From a virus (lineage: Duplodnaviria; Caudoviricetes), in the IMG/VR virus record IMGVR_UViG_3300044724_009593, positions 1 to 57,191 of that record: a DNA stretch of 57,191 nt; one strand, 5' to 3'. The translations under genes were made by a program, and so were the position numbers. This document shows positions 47,085-55,742 of the stretch, piece after piece; positions within the stretch are counted from its first letter, which is position 1, and each line of letters begins with the position of its first letter. The notes beneath the pieces are model-generated. The model did no database searches. It had not been told where the DNA came from and saw only the letters and a program-made list of their open reading frames with translations.

Positions 47085-48554
47085 CTAATAATTTATATCG
47101 TCGTAGTCTGGGCTATCGTCAGTCCACTTCAGTTTGATAACTTCCTCTTTTTCCATATCCTTAAATCGTCTATAGAACATTTCAATTTCCCCTTCTAGCT
47201 CCTGTCCAATAGGTAGATTGTCTACATCATACCATTTAGAAAATTCTTTTTCTTTAGTGTCAGGATATTTTTTCATATATTCTTGTTTTAGCGAAGCAGG
47301 TATTTTAAATTGTATCTTGTTCGCTCCACCAAATAAATTTACCATATCATAACCATCTGACATTAAATTTATCTCTTCTGGAAAGTCTTCATACTGCTGC
47401 TCGTTAAAGTCGACTCCATACTTGGTAGCATTTATCAGCGCCATTTTAGATTGCTTCCCCCATTGATCAAAGCCAGTACCCTTTCCGATTGTCAACTTTG
47501 TGTTCAGCATATTTTGCGCTACAACACAGGCTCCCCAGATGCGTATGCCTACTGCCCATGCATTCTTGCCATCTATGTCTTCGTGTAGAGTAAAGAAAGT
47601 TCCAAATACTACATGCGGATTCGATACTTCACTAAGTGGTACATCCCACTCCATTGGCTTTGCTCCATACTCTTTATTATAAACCATATCAACAACTTTG
47701 AACGCTCCTGTATGGAAAAACACTGCTTGTACAGGTTCATATGGATGTATTATTTCTTGGCCTTTCCTGTCTACAGCACCGTCATAACCCATATCTCTAA
47801 ATAACTTATTCCACTTGTTTGTATCTTTAGGCTGTGCAGGTTTGTCAAATAATTTAAAACGCACTACTTCATCATTATAGTTAGGAGGAGCATCGCCTTC
47901 GTCCTGTGCTTTCTGCTCCATTCGCTTTAGTTCCGTGGTGTACTGTTTGATAGGAATAAGATTACTGTCATTTACAGTTCCGGAAAGGGCAAAGAATGCG
48001 ATGCGTGTAGCATTCCAAAACATACCTCCCGGAGTCCGTATACGTGCTGCTGACTTTGCACTATCCAGTAGTCCTTTGGCCATTTCCCAACTCAGCACTT
48101 GACTATGTCCTTTAGAGTGGAAATGGTCCACAAGTTTTTTTGCTACTATTTCTAAATCTTTGTCTATTTGATCACTGCCATATTTTTCTAGATCTAACAT
48201 GTTCCCTGTTGCTCGGATGATATATACAGCAGGCTGTTCGCCAGCAAACGGAACTTCAAAAATCCTCCTATTGGGGTCTGCACCTTTTCTCCACATCTCA
48301 GGTAATGGATAGGTATATATTCCATTAGGTGTATTATACTTGCTTTTTGGATTTATTCCTATCTTAAACCCACTTGTGTTTCTGCCTTTAGCAACAGATG
48401 TCTTACTTGTTATGCCTCTCCCTACATCCATAGTGTAACTTATATAGATATCAGGATCATCCTTATGCTTTTCAAGTGCATCATACAAACTTATTTTAGG
48501 ATTTTGTTCCGGGTTACGTCTTGCTTCGTCTATTTTAAATTCTCTAAATCTCAT
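47085..48554 (-). CDS. Putative internal virion protein
   Basis: MRFREFKIDEA start; KIGINPKSKYNTPNGIYTYP and GYDGAVD..IIH..EPVQAV motifs. Confidence 0.7.
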   Translation of the reverse strand: MRFREFKIDEARRNPEQNPKISLYDALEKHKDDPDIYISYTMDVGRGITSKTSVAKGRNTSGFKIGINPKSKYNTPNGIYTYPLPEMWRKGADPNRRIFEVPFAGEQPAVYIIRATGNMLDLEKYGSDQIDKDLEIVAKKLVDHFHSKGHSQVLSWEMAKGLLDSAKSAARIRTPGGMFWNATRIAFFALSGTVNDSNLIPIKQYTTELKRMEQKAQDEGDAPPNYNDEVVRFKLFDKPAQPKDTNKWNKLFRDMGYDGAVDRKGQEIIHPYEPVQAVFFHTGAFKVVDMVYNKEYGAKPMEWDVPLSEVSNPHVVFGTFFTLHEDIDGKNAWAVGIRIWGACVVAQNMLNTKLTIGKGTGFDQWGKQSKMALINATKYGVDFNEQQYEDFPEEINLMSDGYDMVNLFGGANKIQFKIPASLKQEYMKKYPDTKEKEFSKWYDVDNLPIGQELEGEIEMFYRRFKDMEKEEVIKLKWTDDSPDYDDINY

Positions 48555-48560
48555 AGCTTC

Positions 48561-49481
48561 TCACATCAATATAATTTCACCTTTAATGCTGTCTTCGAAA
48601 GCAGGAAACAGTTCGTCATTTAATTGGTCTTGCAAGTCTTCTATGTAACCTTCTAGGATACTTTTATCCATATCAGTCAGCTCTTGCTCATTGCGTGGGT
48701 TAGGTGCTTTAGTTACGTTTTCAATATCAAGTGTGTCAGGCGCTCGTAATTGTACTGCTCCTCTGTTGAGATACTGTGCCCACATTTCATATATGCCTTC
48801 GTATCTGTCTCGCACAACACCTTTCCTTGCGCTACCTGTAGTCATTATCTTTTGCAATCCGTAGTCAGCCCATTTAGCTTGCTTGTCATCTAACATCTTG
48901 TTAGGATTCTTTGGATTGTGCTGTAGGTCAACGCCAAAGTTGCCAAATATACTATGTAGTCCTTCAAACACTGCGGTTACAATTGCTGAGTAAGCAGGAT
49001 TCTCTTCTCCATTTGTCATCCTGCTGCCATGACCTAGTCTGTGTAACAACATCCATCCACTAACAGCTATCCAATTGTCAGCTGCATTACCTAGGAAGAA
49101 CACAATAGTTTTATCTTTGTGTTGTGGAGTCCTTGTCATTGTTTCAGCATCTACCACACCCATCTCAACCAACTGATCAAAGCCTTCTTCAAACTCTTGG
49201 AATAGGTCGTCTACTGTAACAACACCTCTTTCTAAAATTTCCGGATTATATGTAGCTTCCCCTGATACAGGAATTAGGATATAATCATTCTTAGTTTTGC
49301 TCCAGCTCTTGTAAACTTTCTGCTTCCATTGCGGATTAAAGATCTTTTTCTTTTCTCCTGCTTTCCACGGCTCTTGATACTCATCACCCCATCCATCTTC
49401 ATGATCATAATCCCAGTCGCCCATTGGTTGGAAATCGCTAATAGGAGCTTCCTTAATCCTTTTAAATTCTTTGAATCTCAC
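48561..49481 (-). CDS. Putative internal virion protein
   Basis: MRFKEFKRIKEA start; HRLGH zincin-like motif followed by distal Glu. Confidence 0.7.
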   Translation of the reverse strand: MRFKEFKRIKEAPISDFQPMGDWDYDHEDGWGDEYQEPWKAGEKKKIFNPQWKQKVYKSWSKTKNDYILIPVSGEATYNPEILERGVVTVDDLFQEFEEGFDQLVEMGVVDAETMTRTPQHKDKTIVFFLGNAADNWIAVSGWMLLHRLGHGSRMTNGEENPAYSAIVTAVFEGLHSIFGNFGVDLQHNPKNPNKMLDDKQAKWADYGLQKIMTTGSARKGVVRDRYEGIYEMWAQYLNRGAVQLRAPDTLDIENVTKAPNPRNEQELTDMDKSILEGYIEDLQDQLNDELFPAFEDSIKGEIILM

Positions 49482-49530
49482 AGCTTGTCCTTTTATTATT
49501 TCTTGTTTACATATTTATGTAAATAGCAGT

Positions 49531-50724
49531 ATGATAGATAAAAAGCCGTTCCATGATACAATACAAGCATTAAAGCAACAAGGACGTTATCGTGTGTTTA
49601 ACGATATTGTACGAGAACGAGGAGAATTCCCCCGTGCTATCTGGTATGGACCGTACGCTATTAAAACAGTTGTAAACTGGTGTAGCAACGACTATCTTGG
49701 CATGGGGCAGAACAAAGTTGTAATAGATGCTATGCACACTGCACTTGATCAAACAGGCAGTGGCAGTGGAGGAACTCGTAACATTGGAGGCACTAGTCAC
49801 TATCATGTTGCGTTAGAAAAACAAATAGCCATGCTCCATAGGAAGGACCGGGGGCTATTGTTTACGTCCGCCTATGTTGCAAATGAATGGACGTTGATCG
49901 CCTTAAGCAAAATCATACCCGACCTAGTATTCCTAAGTGATAGCAAGAATCACGCATCTCTTATACAAGGGATCCGGCATAGTGGGGCTCCCAAACGGAT
50001 TTGGCAGCATAATGATATGGGCGATTTAGAACGTGCATTGCAAGAAACAGAAGGCACGCCTTGCATCGTGTTCGAATCCGTGTATAGCATGGATGGAGAT
50101 GTTTCGCCAATGCACGACATTTGCAACCTCGCCGACCGCTATGGAGCTATAACGTATATAGATGAAGTGCATGCTGTCGGACTCTATGGCACAACAGGTG
50201 GAGGTAAGTTAGAAGAATTAGGTTTACAAAATCGTGTTGATATTGTAAATGGTACATTAGGAAAAGCATTTGGAATGCAAGGAGGTTATATTGCTAGTGA
50301 TGAAATTGTTTGTGATGCTGTGCGCTCTATTGCTAGTGGTTTCATATTTACAACTAGCCACAGTCCTGTGATGTGTGCAGGAGCATTAACCAGTATCAAG
50401 TATGTAATGGATCATAATGATTTAAGGATTAAGCACCAAGCACAATCCCAAAAACTAAAACACCATTTATCTGCATTAGGCTTTGAAATACATCCTGCAG
50501 CCAGTACACATATTGTACCAGTAATGGTAGGAGACGCTGTGAAATGTAAAGCAATAAGCGATTCTCTTTTAAATGATCATAGCATTTATGTACAGCCTAT
50601 AAATTTCCCCACAGTAGAAGAAGGTACAGAGCGTTTGCGGTTTACTCCTACACCTTTACATACTGATAATATGGTAAATGAACTTGTAACCGCATTAACA
50701 CAGGTATTTAATGAACATTCGTAA
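49531..50724 (+). CDS. hemA: 5-aminolevulinate synthase (C4/Shemin pathway); start reassigned to 49531
   Basis: WCSNDYLGM, GGTRNIGG, NHASLI, FESVYSMDGD, DEVHAVGLYG, GTLGKAFG (PLP Lys), GFIFTTS. Confidence 0.95.
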   Translation: MIDKKPFHDTIQALKQQGRYRVFNDIVRERGEFPRAIWYGPYAIKTVVNWCSNDYLGMGQNKVVIDAMHTALDQTGSGSGGTRNIGGTSHYHVALEKQIAMLHRKDRGLLFTSAYVANEWTLIALSKIIPDLVFLSDSKNHASLIQGIRHSGAPKRIWQHNDMGDLERALQETEGTPCIVFESVYSMDGDVSPMHDICNLADRYGAITYIDEVHAVGLYGTTGGGKLEELGLQNRVDIVNGTLGKAFGMQGGYIASDEIVCDAVRSIASGFIFTTSHSPVMCAGALTSIKYVMDHNDLRIKHQAQSQKLKHHLSALGFEIHPAASTHIVPVMVGDAVKCKAISDSLLNDHSIYVQPINFPTVEEGTERLRFTPTPLHTDNMVNELVTALTQVFNEHS

Positions 50725-51127
50725 AGCACTTTGGTTTTCAGCAGGAATGTTTTTCCTTGCTGTAGCATTTGTTGGAGTATACTTACCGGGCTTGCCGTGG
50801 AGCACTCCTGCTGTCATTGCAGCATTCTGTTTTAGTAAGAGCAGCGATAGGATGCATCGCTGGTTATATAATCATAAACTGTTTGGGCCATTCCTTACTG
50901 GCTGGCAAGAGAAAAGGATATTCCCTACCAAGTTCAAATACTTTATGGTGATTACCATGTGCAGCAGTTTGATCCTAATGTGGTTTACAACTGGTAATCT
51001 AACTGCAATCTATTGGACTGCAGGCTTTATGGCACTGGTAGTGATATGGGGCTGGAGATATCCAGGCAGCGAAGCAGAATGGCTACGCAGGAAAGATGCA
51101 GGTGAAAAGATAGCGTGGATCCGCTAG
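50711..51127 (+). CDS. ybaN: YbaN/DUF454 inner-membrane protein
   Basis: GVYLPGLP..AAFCFSKSSDRMHRWLYNHKLFGP. Confidence 0.88.
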   Translation: MNIRKALWFSAGMFFLAVAFVGVYLPGLPWSTPAVIAAFCFSKSSDRMHRWLYNHKLFGPFLTGWQEKRIFPTKFKYFMVITMCSSLILMWFTTGNLTAIYWTAGFMALVVIWGWRYPGSEAEWLRRKDAGEKIAWIR

Positions 51128-51630
51128 AGATATTTCTCCCAAACTGGATGTTTTATATCAAACTCTAATTGTTTACGCTTTGCAACCAATTCCCAATAGC
51201 TAGGCTTAAACGGTAGTTGCTTAGGTCTCTCTACCCTGTTACCTTTACGCTCGTTACAGCAGTGACACGCTACAACAATATTTTCCCAATTAGTCCTACC
51301 ACCTTTGCTCAGAGGAATGACATGATCCATTGTACATTGGCTATGGGCTAGTCTTTGTTCGCAATACTGGCAGGTGTATAAATCTCTTATACAGATATTG
51401 GTTTTTGAAAATCTCGGTTTGCGTTTTGTCCTTAGTCGTTCTTTTAACATTATCACAGCAGGTACACGGGTCTCCCAACTAGGGCTCCTAACCACCCAAT
51501 CATCATACCATTCTAATACAGTGCATTTATCTAAGAACAAATAAGTTATAGCATCCTTCCACTGTATTGCGCTCAGTGGAAGGTAGTTAAGTGGAAGTCC
51601 GTCTGTGCTTAAAACTAGAACGTCGGTCAT
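51124..51630 (-). CDS. HNH endonuclease family protein (start likely 51630)
   Basis: RDLYTCQYC, TMDHVIPLSKGG, CHCCNERKG. Confidence 0.9.
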   Translation of the reverse strand: MTDVLVLSTDGLPLNYLPLSAIQWKDAITYLFLDKCTVLEWYDDWVVRSPSWETRVPAVIMLKERLRTKRKPRFSKTNICIRDLYTCQYCEQRLAHSQCTMDHVIPLSKGGRTNWENIVVACHCCNERKGNRVERPKQLPFKPSYWELVAKRKQLEFDIKHPVWEKYL

Positions 51631-51631
51631 A

Positions 51632-52069
51632 TCATGTTTCGATAGGTTTCTCAAATTGTGCTGGTTTTAAATTTGTGCCACTGCCAATAATGCAAGCGGC
51701 TATACCCATAGGATTAGATAACATCTCGTCGGGTAATTTAAAAACAATGCTGTAGGATCCTGTTTGAGGGTTCATAAACATTGCCGTTTCGCCTGTTACA
51801 ACTCGTGGAGGTAATTGACCTTTTGGATCCATAGGAACTTGCATAATGCTTTTGTTACTGTGGATAAAAGGAATTTCCTGGTAAGGTGCCAACTTTGCCA
51901 TAATAGCTGGTAAAGTTCCGCAATCCATTGCCATTGGCATCTTATGTAATTGTAACTGTGGTGGTACCACACGTTGTGGTTGTTGTGTGCTCGGCTCTTC
52001 GGCGTGTAAGGATACTGTTGTGAGCAATATCGCTAACCCGCTGAAAAGCGATATCAGGGTTAGCTTCAT
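51632..52069 (-). CDS. Exported protein with signal peptide
   Basis: Hydrophobic N-terminus with SLHA cleavage site; two Cys; AGGAG RBS. Confidence 0.7.
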   Translation of the reverse strand: MKLTLISLFSGLAILLTTVSLHAEEPSTQQPQRVVPPQLQLHKMPMAMDCGTLPAIMAKLAPYQEIPFIHSNKSIMQVPMDPKGQLPPRVVTGETAMFMNPQTGSYSIVFKLPDEMLSNPMGIAACIIGSGTNLKPAQFEKPIET

Positions 52070-52097
52070 TTTATACTCCTATAAACTAATATTTAGC

Positions 52098-52655
52098 TTA
52101 CTTAAAGTACTGATTAAACATCTGTGAGCAACTTAGTTTGAAAGCTGTGTGCCATTGTTTTTCATGTGATTGATCAAATAGGAGTTCTTCAGTAGGATCA
52201 GCCAACAACCAGCTATTTTCTGGCTTATAAGGGTATCTACCTCCTAGTTCAGCTAGCAGTTGTCCTGGTGCCCATCCAGACAGTCCACCAAATAATCTAT
52301 ATTTTCTTGGTGTATCTCCAATTGCTATTTTTTTCAGCATATCGTTATCACTTGATATGCGAAGATTATTGCTTACATAAGCAGAATTTGAACTTATCCA
52401 TTCTATGGTATGCAATAATACGAGTGCATTTGTGTTGACAGGTCCACCGTGATAGATAGGTTGATATGATCCAGCATATACTATTTGATTATCATTGCAG
52501 ATATCTGCTATTGAATATTTGCTAGGTTTATTTAAAATAACACCAATTGAACCTTTTGTCATATCATCTTGATATAGGTAGACAACACTTCGATAAAAAA
52601 AAGAATCTTTAGGGCAATTTGGGTGTGAAATTAAAAGTTTACCTTCTAATGACAT
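52098..52655 (-). CDS. yqgE: YqgE/AlgH (DUF179) family protein (start likely MSLEG)
   Basis: GKLLIS.P, F.RSVVY, GVILNKP, GGPV, GWAPGQL, W. Confidence 0.88.
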   Translation of the reverse strand: MSLEGKLLISHPNCPKDSFFYRSVVYLYQDDMTKGSIGVILNKPSKYSIADICNDNQIVYAGSYQPIYHGGPVNTNALVLLHTIEWISSNSAYVSNNLRISSDNDMLKKIAIGDTPRKYRLFGGLSGWAPGQLLAELGGRYPYKPENSWLLADPTEELLFDQSHEKQWHTAFKLSCSQMFNQYFK

Positions 52656-52656
52656 A

Positions 52657-53505
52657 TTATACAATTTGAAGTTGATCTAATTGAGCTATTGTATCTTCAA
52701 GATCGACATTAGCTTTATTATTGCCAAGTCCTAAATGAAAAGATTTACCAGTAGATGGATCTGGTAAACCTGCCCATGTTTTAGATAATCGTTTTAAAAA
52801 TTTTGCACTAGTTATTTGTCCATCTAAAAATTTATCTAAATTATGCTCTTTTTTAAGATGGAATAATGCAATCTTATCCTGTGTAGCTGCATCAAATACA
52901 GTCGTTTTAGGATCAAGACCCATCTGACTTACAAGGCTTCGCAGTGTTTTGTGTAAGTATTGATACCTACCGGAAGCAGAGCCACCATGTGATCTTATCC
53001 TTTTCCGCATGTCTTGGAAAAGTTCTGCTAGTGTCATTGTGATGATTTGTGGACGTCTCTTGTTAGGATAAACGGCATCGTAATGGCCAGAAGATTCAGG
53101 TTTGGCAATAATATCTAAAATCTCTTTTTCCTTGTTGAATGATGTAGCAAGGGGTTTTTCAATTGTTTCTGGATCAAGTTTTGGAGATGCTACCATTGCA
53201 GATAGCTTATTAGGTTGCACACTCTTCTTACCATTCCAGCCCATCATAGCAAGAATTGTTTTCCTGCCTGCATCGCCGTCTGGTTTTAACCCTGCGTCTT
53301 TTTGGAATTTTTTAACAGCCATTGCCGTCTTAGAACCGTAAATCCCATCTACAGGGCCTGCATCATAATTGTTATCATTTAACCATTCTTGCAGTTCTTT
53401 GACCTGTTCTATCTTTCCTCTTCGTGCCAGTCCGCCCTTCATCTTAGGATCGAGATACATAAACGTTGTAGTATCTTTGTCTAAATTAATTTCGTATAAA
53501 TTCAT
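52657..53505 (-). CDS. Peptidoglycan-binding domain + lysozyme-like lysin
   Basis: VKELQEWL..GPVDGIYG..AVKKFQ..DGDAG; PES, ASGRYQ, TQDKIA, WAGLP. Confidence 0.88.
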   Translation of the reverse strand: MNLYEINLDKDTTTFMYLDPKMKGGLARRGKIEQVKELQEWLNDNNYDAGPVDGIYGSKTAMAVKKFQKDAGLKPDGDAGRKTILAMMGWNGKKSVQPNKLSAMVASPKLDPETIEKPLATSFNKEKEILDIIAKPESSGHYDAVYPNKRRPQIITMTLAELFQDMRKRIRSHGGSASGRYQYLHKTLRSLVSQMGLDPKTTVFDAATQDKIALFHLKKEHNLDKFLDGQITSAKFLKRLSKTWAGLPDPSTGKSFHLGLGNNKANVDLEDTIAQLDQLQIV

Positions 53506-53750
53506 TTTGTTGTTCCTGACCCATAATCTGGAATTGATCCTCCATATTTTTTTCCTTTAATCCTTTTACCGTCCATCTTAACCCTTGCCTTACCTATCAG
53601 GTGAGATTTATTTCCTTCTCTAGACCGCAACCCTTGACTTTTACAGCTTGCTTCTGCGCTAGCGCCAATATTTTTCTTAGGACTTAGGCAAAGTTTTCTT
53701 GTCGCCTTCCACTCTGTAGCCAAAACATCATCAATTTCTACTAATAACAC
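53502..53750 (-). CDS. Small basic protein
   Basis: 82 aa; ASCKSQGLR..KKYGG.IPDY; ATAAATA motif upstream. Confidence 0.65.
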   Translation of the reverse strand: MLLVEIDDVLATEWKATRKLCLSPKKNIGASAEASCKSQGLRSREGNKSHLIGKARVKMDGKRIKGKKYGGSIPDYGSGTTK

Positions 53751-53782
53751 AGCTTCATCCTTTTTACTTATTTATTATAAAC

Positions 53783-53811
53783 TTGACACAAGACTTTTTT
53801 TTTGTTACTAT
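53783..53811 (+). promoter_or_regulatory. Sigma70-type promoter
   Basis: TTGACA-17 nt-TACTAT. Confidence 0.65.
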
Positions 53812-53840
53812 TAAATAATACTAATAATACAAGGAGACTT

Positions 53841-54041
53841 ATGATTGAGGCTTTCGCTGCTTACTTACTCGTGACATTTGTTTTTTATCAGCTGGATCCT
53901 AACCCTGCTCCAGAAGGATATACAGCTTCCGATCCTTGTTTTCGATGTGGAGAAAATTGGGAGTTTTACCCGCCCAGCCAAGTAGGCACAATCAATGATT
54001 CTAGAGTGTTGTTACCTCAAAGACAAACAATGGAAGAATAA
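53841..54041 (+). CDS. Small membrane-anchored protein with CxxC (start reassigned to 53841)
   Basis: AAGGAG RBS before MIEAF; PCFRCG. Confidence 0.65.
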   Translation: MIEAFAAYLLVTFVFYQLDPNPAPEGYTASDPCFRCGENWEFYPPSQVGTINDSRVLLPQRQTMEE

Positions 54042-54232
54042 TGGAAATATGGCAAGTAGTTTTAATAAGTTATATTGTAGGTAGTGCAATTGGATATTTT
54101 TTAGCATACAAACCTCATGTAGCTACCCAGAATGAATTATTAGATGTGCTCATCGAAGAAGGATTTTTACGGCATAAGACTGATAAAGATGGTAGAATCA
54201 TTATCCTTAAATATCACGATAATGTATCATAA
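54041..54232 (+). CDS. Small membrane protein
   Basis: 63 aa; TAATG coupling; N-terminal TM. Confidence 0.65.
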   Translation: MEIWQVVLISYIVGSAIGYFLAYKPHVATQNELLDVLIEEGFLRHKTDKDGRIIILKYHDNVS

Positions 54233-54258
54233 TCCTAATTTTTTTATAAATAATCAAA

Positions 54259-54420
54259 ATGTTTAAATTTTTATTTGGTGCCTTTGTAGGTTCTTTTCTA
54301 CTTTACAACTTTATTATTCCGAATCCAAACTATAAACAAACTTTAGATAATATTAATCAATCGTTGCTTACCCTTATCCATCAAGCAACCCAAGAATTAG
54401 ATAAAAATGTTCAAAATTAA
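54259..54420 (+). CDS. Small membrane protein (53 aa), not in ORF track
   Basis: MFKFLFGAFVGSFLLYNFIIP...; TATAAATA at 54245-54252. Confidence 0.55.
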   Translation: MFKFLFGAFVGSFLLYNFIIPNPNYKQTLDNINQSLLTLIHQATQELDKNVQN

Positions 54421-54673
54421 TGAAATTCAAACCGGCAAAAGTTATGCATGTAAATTTAAATGCGAAACTATGCTAGATGAAAATAATAAACCAATTACCA
54501 ACCCAGAGACTCCTCTTAAAGGACCAGGTATCTATGAATCGATTGGGATAATTCAATTAAGAGATAATGAAAAGCAACTAGTAAAATTAGTTGATAAAAT
54601 AACCAAAAGAGAATTTATTATTCCCTATGACAATATTTGGGATATTGACGAAGTTGAGTGGATTTCAGATTAA
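54407..54673 (+). CDS. Hypothetical phage protein
   Basis: 88 aa; GKSYACKF..IWDID. Confidence 0.7.
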   Translation: MFKINEIQTGKSYACKFKCETMLDENNKPITNPETPLKGPGIYESIGIIQLRDNEKQLVKLVDKITKREFIIPYDNIWDIDEVEWISD

Positions 54674-54679
54674 TCTTAA

Positions 54680-54783
54680 CGACCCCGGCGATCGGTCCAT
54701 CATTCCTTCCGGTTAAAGGCTTATTGTTCTACGGCCGCCGATAGCCATTACCCCACCCCCTGGGAAACTGGGGGGCCTCTCCA
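54680..54783 (+). ncRNA. Candidate structured ncRNA of unknown family
   Basis: GC-rich intergenic island; CCCCCTGG-GAAA-CTGGGGGG hairpin; CGGCG/CGCCG and GGCTTATTG/CGATAGCC pairings. Confidence 0.45.
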
Positions 54784-54792
54784 ACTTTTAAG

Positions 54793-54820
54793 TTGACTTT
54801 TTTATTATTCTATATATAAT
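54793..54820 (+). promoter_or_regulatory. Sigma70-type promoter
   Basis: TTGACT-16 nt-TATAAT. Confidence 0.65.
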
Positions 54821-54848
54821 TAAAACTTAACACTAACAAAGAGGCATT

Positions 54849-54962
54849 ATGTGGAAAACAATTAGGAAGGGTATTACCTTTGAAAGGGTGTTTTATACCT
54901 ATTTAATCTTTGCTTGGTTTGCAGCCTTGATAGCATTTGCTAGTCTGCGTTTCTACAACTAA
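54849..54962 (+). CDS. Small membrane peptide (37 aa), not in ORF track
   Basis: MWKTIRKGITFERVFYTYLIFAWFAALIAFASLRFYN*; GAGG RBS. Confidence 0.55.
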   Translation: MWKTIRKGITFERVFYTYLIFAWFAALIAFASLRFYN

Positions 54963-54968
54963 TCTTCT

Positions 54969-55043
54969 GTCCCGGTAGTTAAATGGATATAACAGTAGAC
55001 TTCTAATCTTCTATTCTAGGTTCAATTCCTGGTCGGGACACCA
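54969..55043 (+). tRNA. tRNA-Arg(UCU)
   Basis: GTCCCGG/TCGGGAC acceptor stem, CT-TCT-AA loop, GGTTCAATTCC T arm, encoded CCA. Confidence 0.92.
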
Positions 55044-55055
55044 TAAAAAAAATAG

Positions 55056-55083
55056 TTGACATAATAAACAGCTATGTTATACT
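55056..55083 (+). promoter_or_regulatory. Sigma70-type promoter for tRNA-Leu
   Basis: TTGACA-16 nt-TATACT with TGn extension. Confidence 0.75.
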
Positions 55084-55096
55084 TTTAGAACATTAA

Positions 55097-55183
55097 GCGA
55101 CTGTGGTGAAACAGGTAAACACACTGGACTTAAAATCCAGCGGCAGTGATGCTTTGCCGGTTCGATTCCGGCCAGTCGCACCA
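55097..55183 (+). tRNA. tRNA-Leu(UAA)
   Basis: GCGACTG/CAGTCGC stem, CTGGA-CTTAAAA-TCCAG arm, long variable arm, CCA. Confidence 0.95.
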
Positions 55184-55202
55184 CATTCTAAACGGAGACA
55201 TC

Positions 55203-55331
55203 ATGCGAATCACACCACGTAATTGGGCAGCTCAACAGTGTAGAGATTTAAATGGTCCGTTCCGTCCTACTGTAGAACGAGACCGTTCAAAATACACCCG
55301 CAAACAAAAGCATAAAGAGAGATATGCTTAA
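55203..55331 (+). CDS. Small basic peptide (42 aa; start reassigned)
   Basis: GGAG RBS; MRITPRN...KYTRKQKHK. Confidence 0.65.
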   Translation: MRITPRNWAAQQCRDLNGPFRPTVERDRSKYTRKQKHKERYA

Positions 55332-55365
55332 TTTCCTGCGAGGCTTATTTTACCTAAGTTTTTCC

Positions 55366-55394
55366 TTGACTTTTATAGTAATAGCCATTATACT
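55366..55394 (+). promoter_or_regulatory. Sigma70-type promoter
   Basis: TTGACT-17 nt-TATACT. Confidence 0.7.
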
Positions 55395-55436
55395 AATTGC
55401 TTTACTACTAGAAGTTTACATCTTTGAGGAGGTACT

Positions 55437-55742
55437 ATGTCCCTGTCAACTGTGATTAAAGAAGCAAACATTTATCGTAAATTTTGCAGACAAATGCCTA
55501 TCGATCCTAGACATGTAAGCATTAAAGATTCTATTGATCTTTTTCGCTATATTGATCGAGAACTTAGTCCAGAACACTTGTATCAAGACGGTGAACGCTC
55601 GCCTAAAGAAGCTCAACGTCAAGCCGCAAAATTACGCAAGGCTGCACAGGTATTGCTAGACCGCGGCTATAAAGCTCCAATTAACCTAGATTGCCTAAGG
55701 ATTGATTATGCGAATAGATTTTCAAAAGGCGTATGCATCTAA
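55437..55742 (+). CDS. Hypothetical early phage protein
   Basis: GAGGAGG RBS; LSPEHLYQDGE motif. Confidence 0.75.
   Translation: MSLSTVIKEANIYRKFCRQMPIDPRHVSIKDSIDLFRYIDRELSPEHLYQDGERSPKEAQRQAAKLRKAAQVLLDRGYKAPINLDCLRIDYANRFSKGVCI

Noticed and set aside
51124-51654. Mobile homing endonuclease element
   Set aside because: Looks like the stand-alone HNH family with an N-terminal VLVL domain; it interrupts no gene and has no intron context
54680-54783. Assignment as tmRNA, SRP, 6S or HDV-like ribozyme
   Set aside because: Only fragmentary resemblance; no tag ORF, T arm or complete consensus could be traced, so left unassigned
55146-55202. 5' part of ORF 55146..55331
   Set aside because: Lies largely within tRNA-Leu; the real start is 55203
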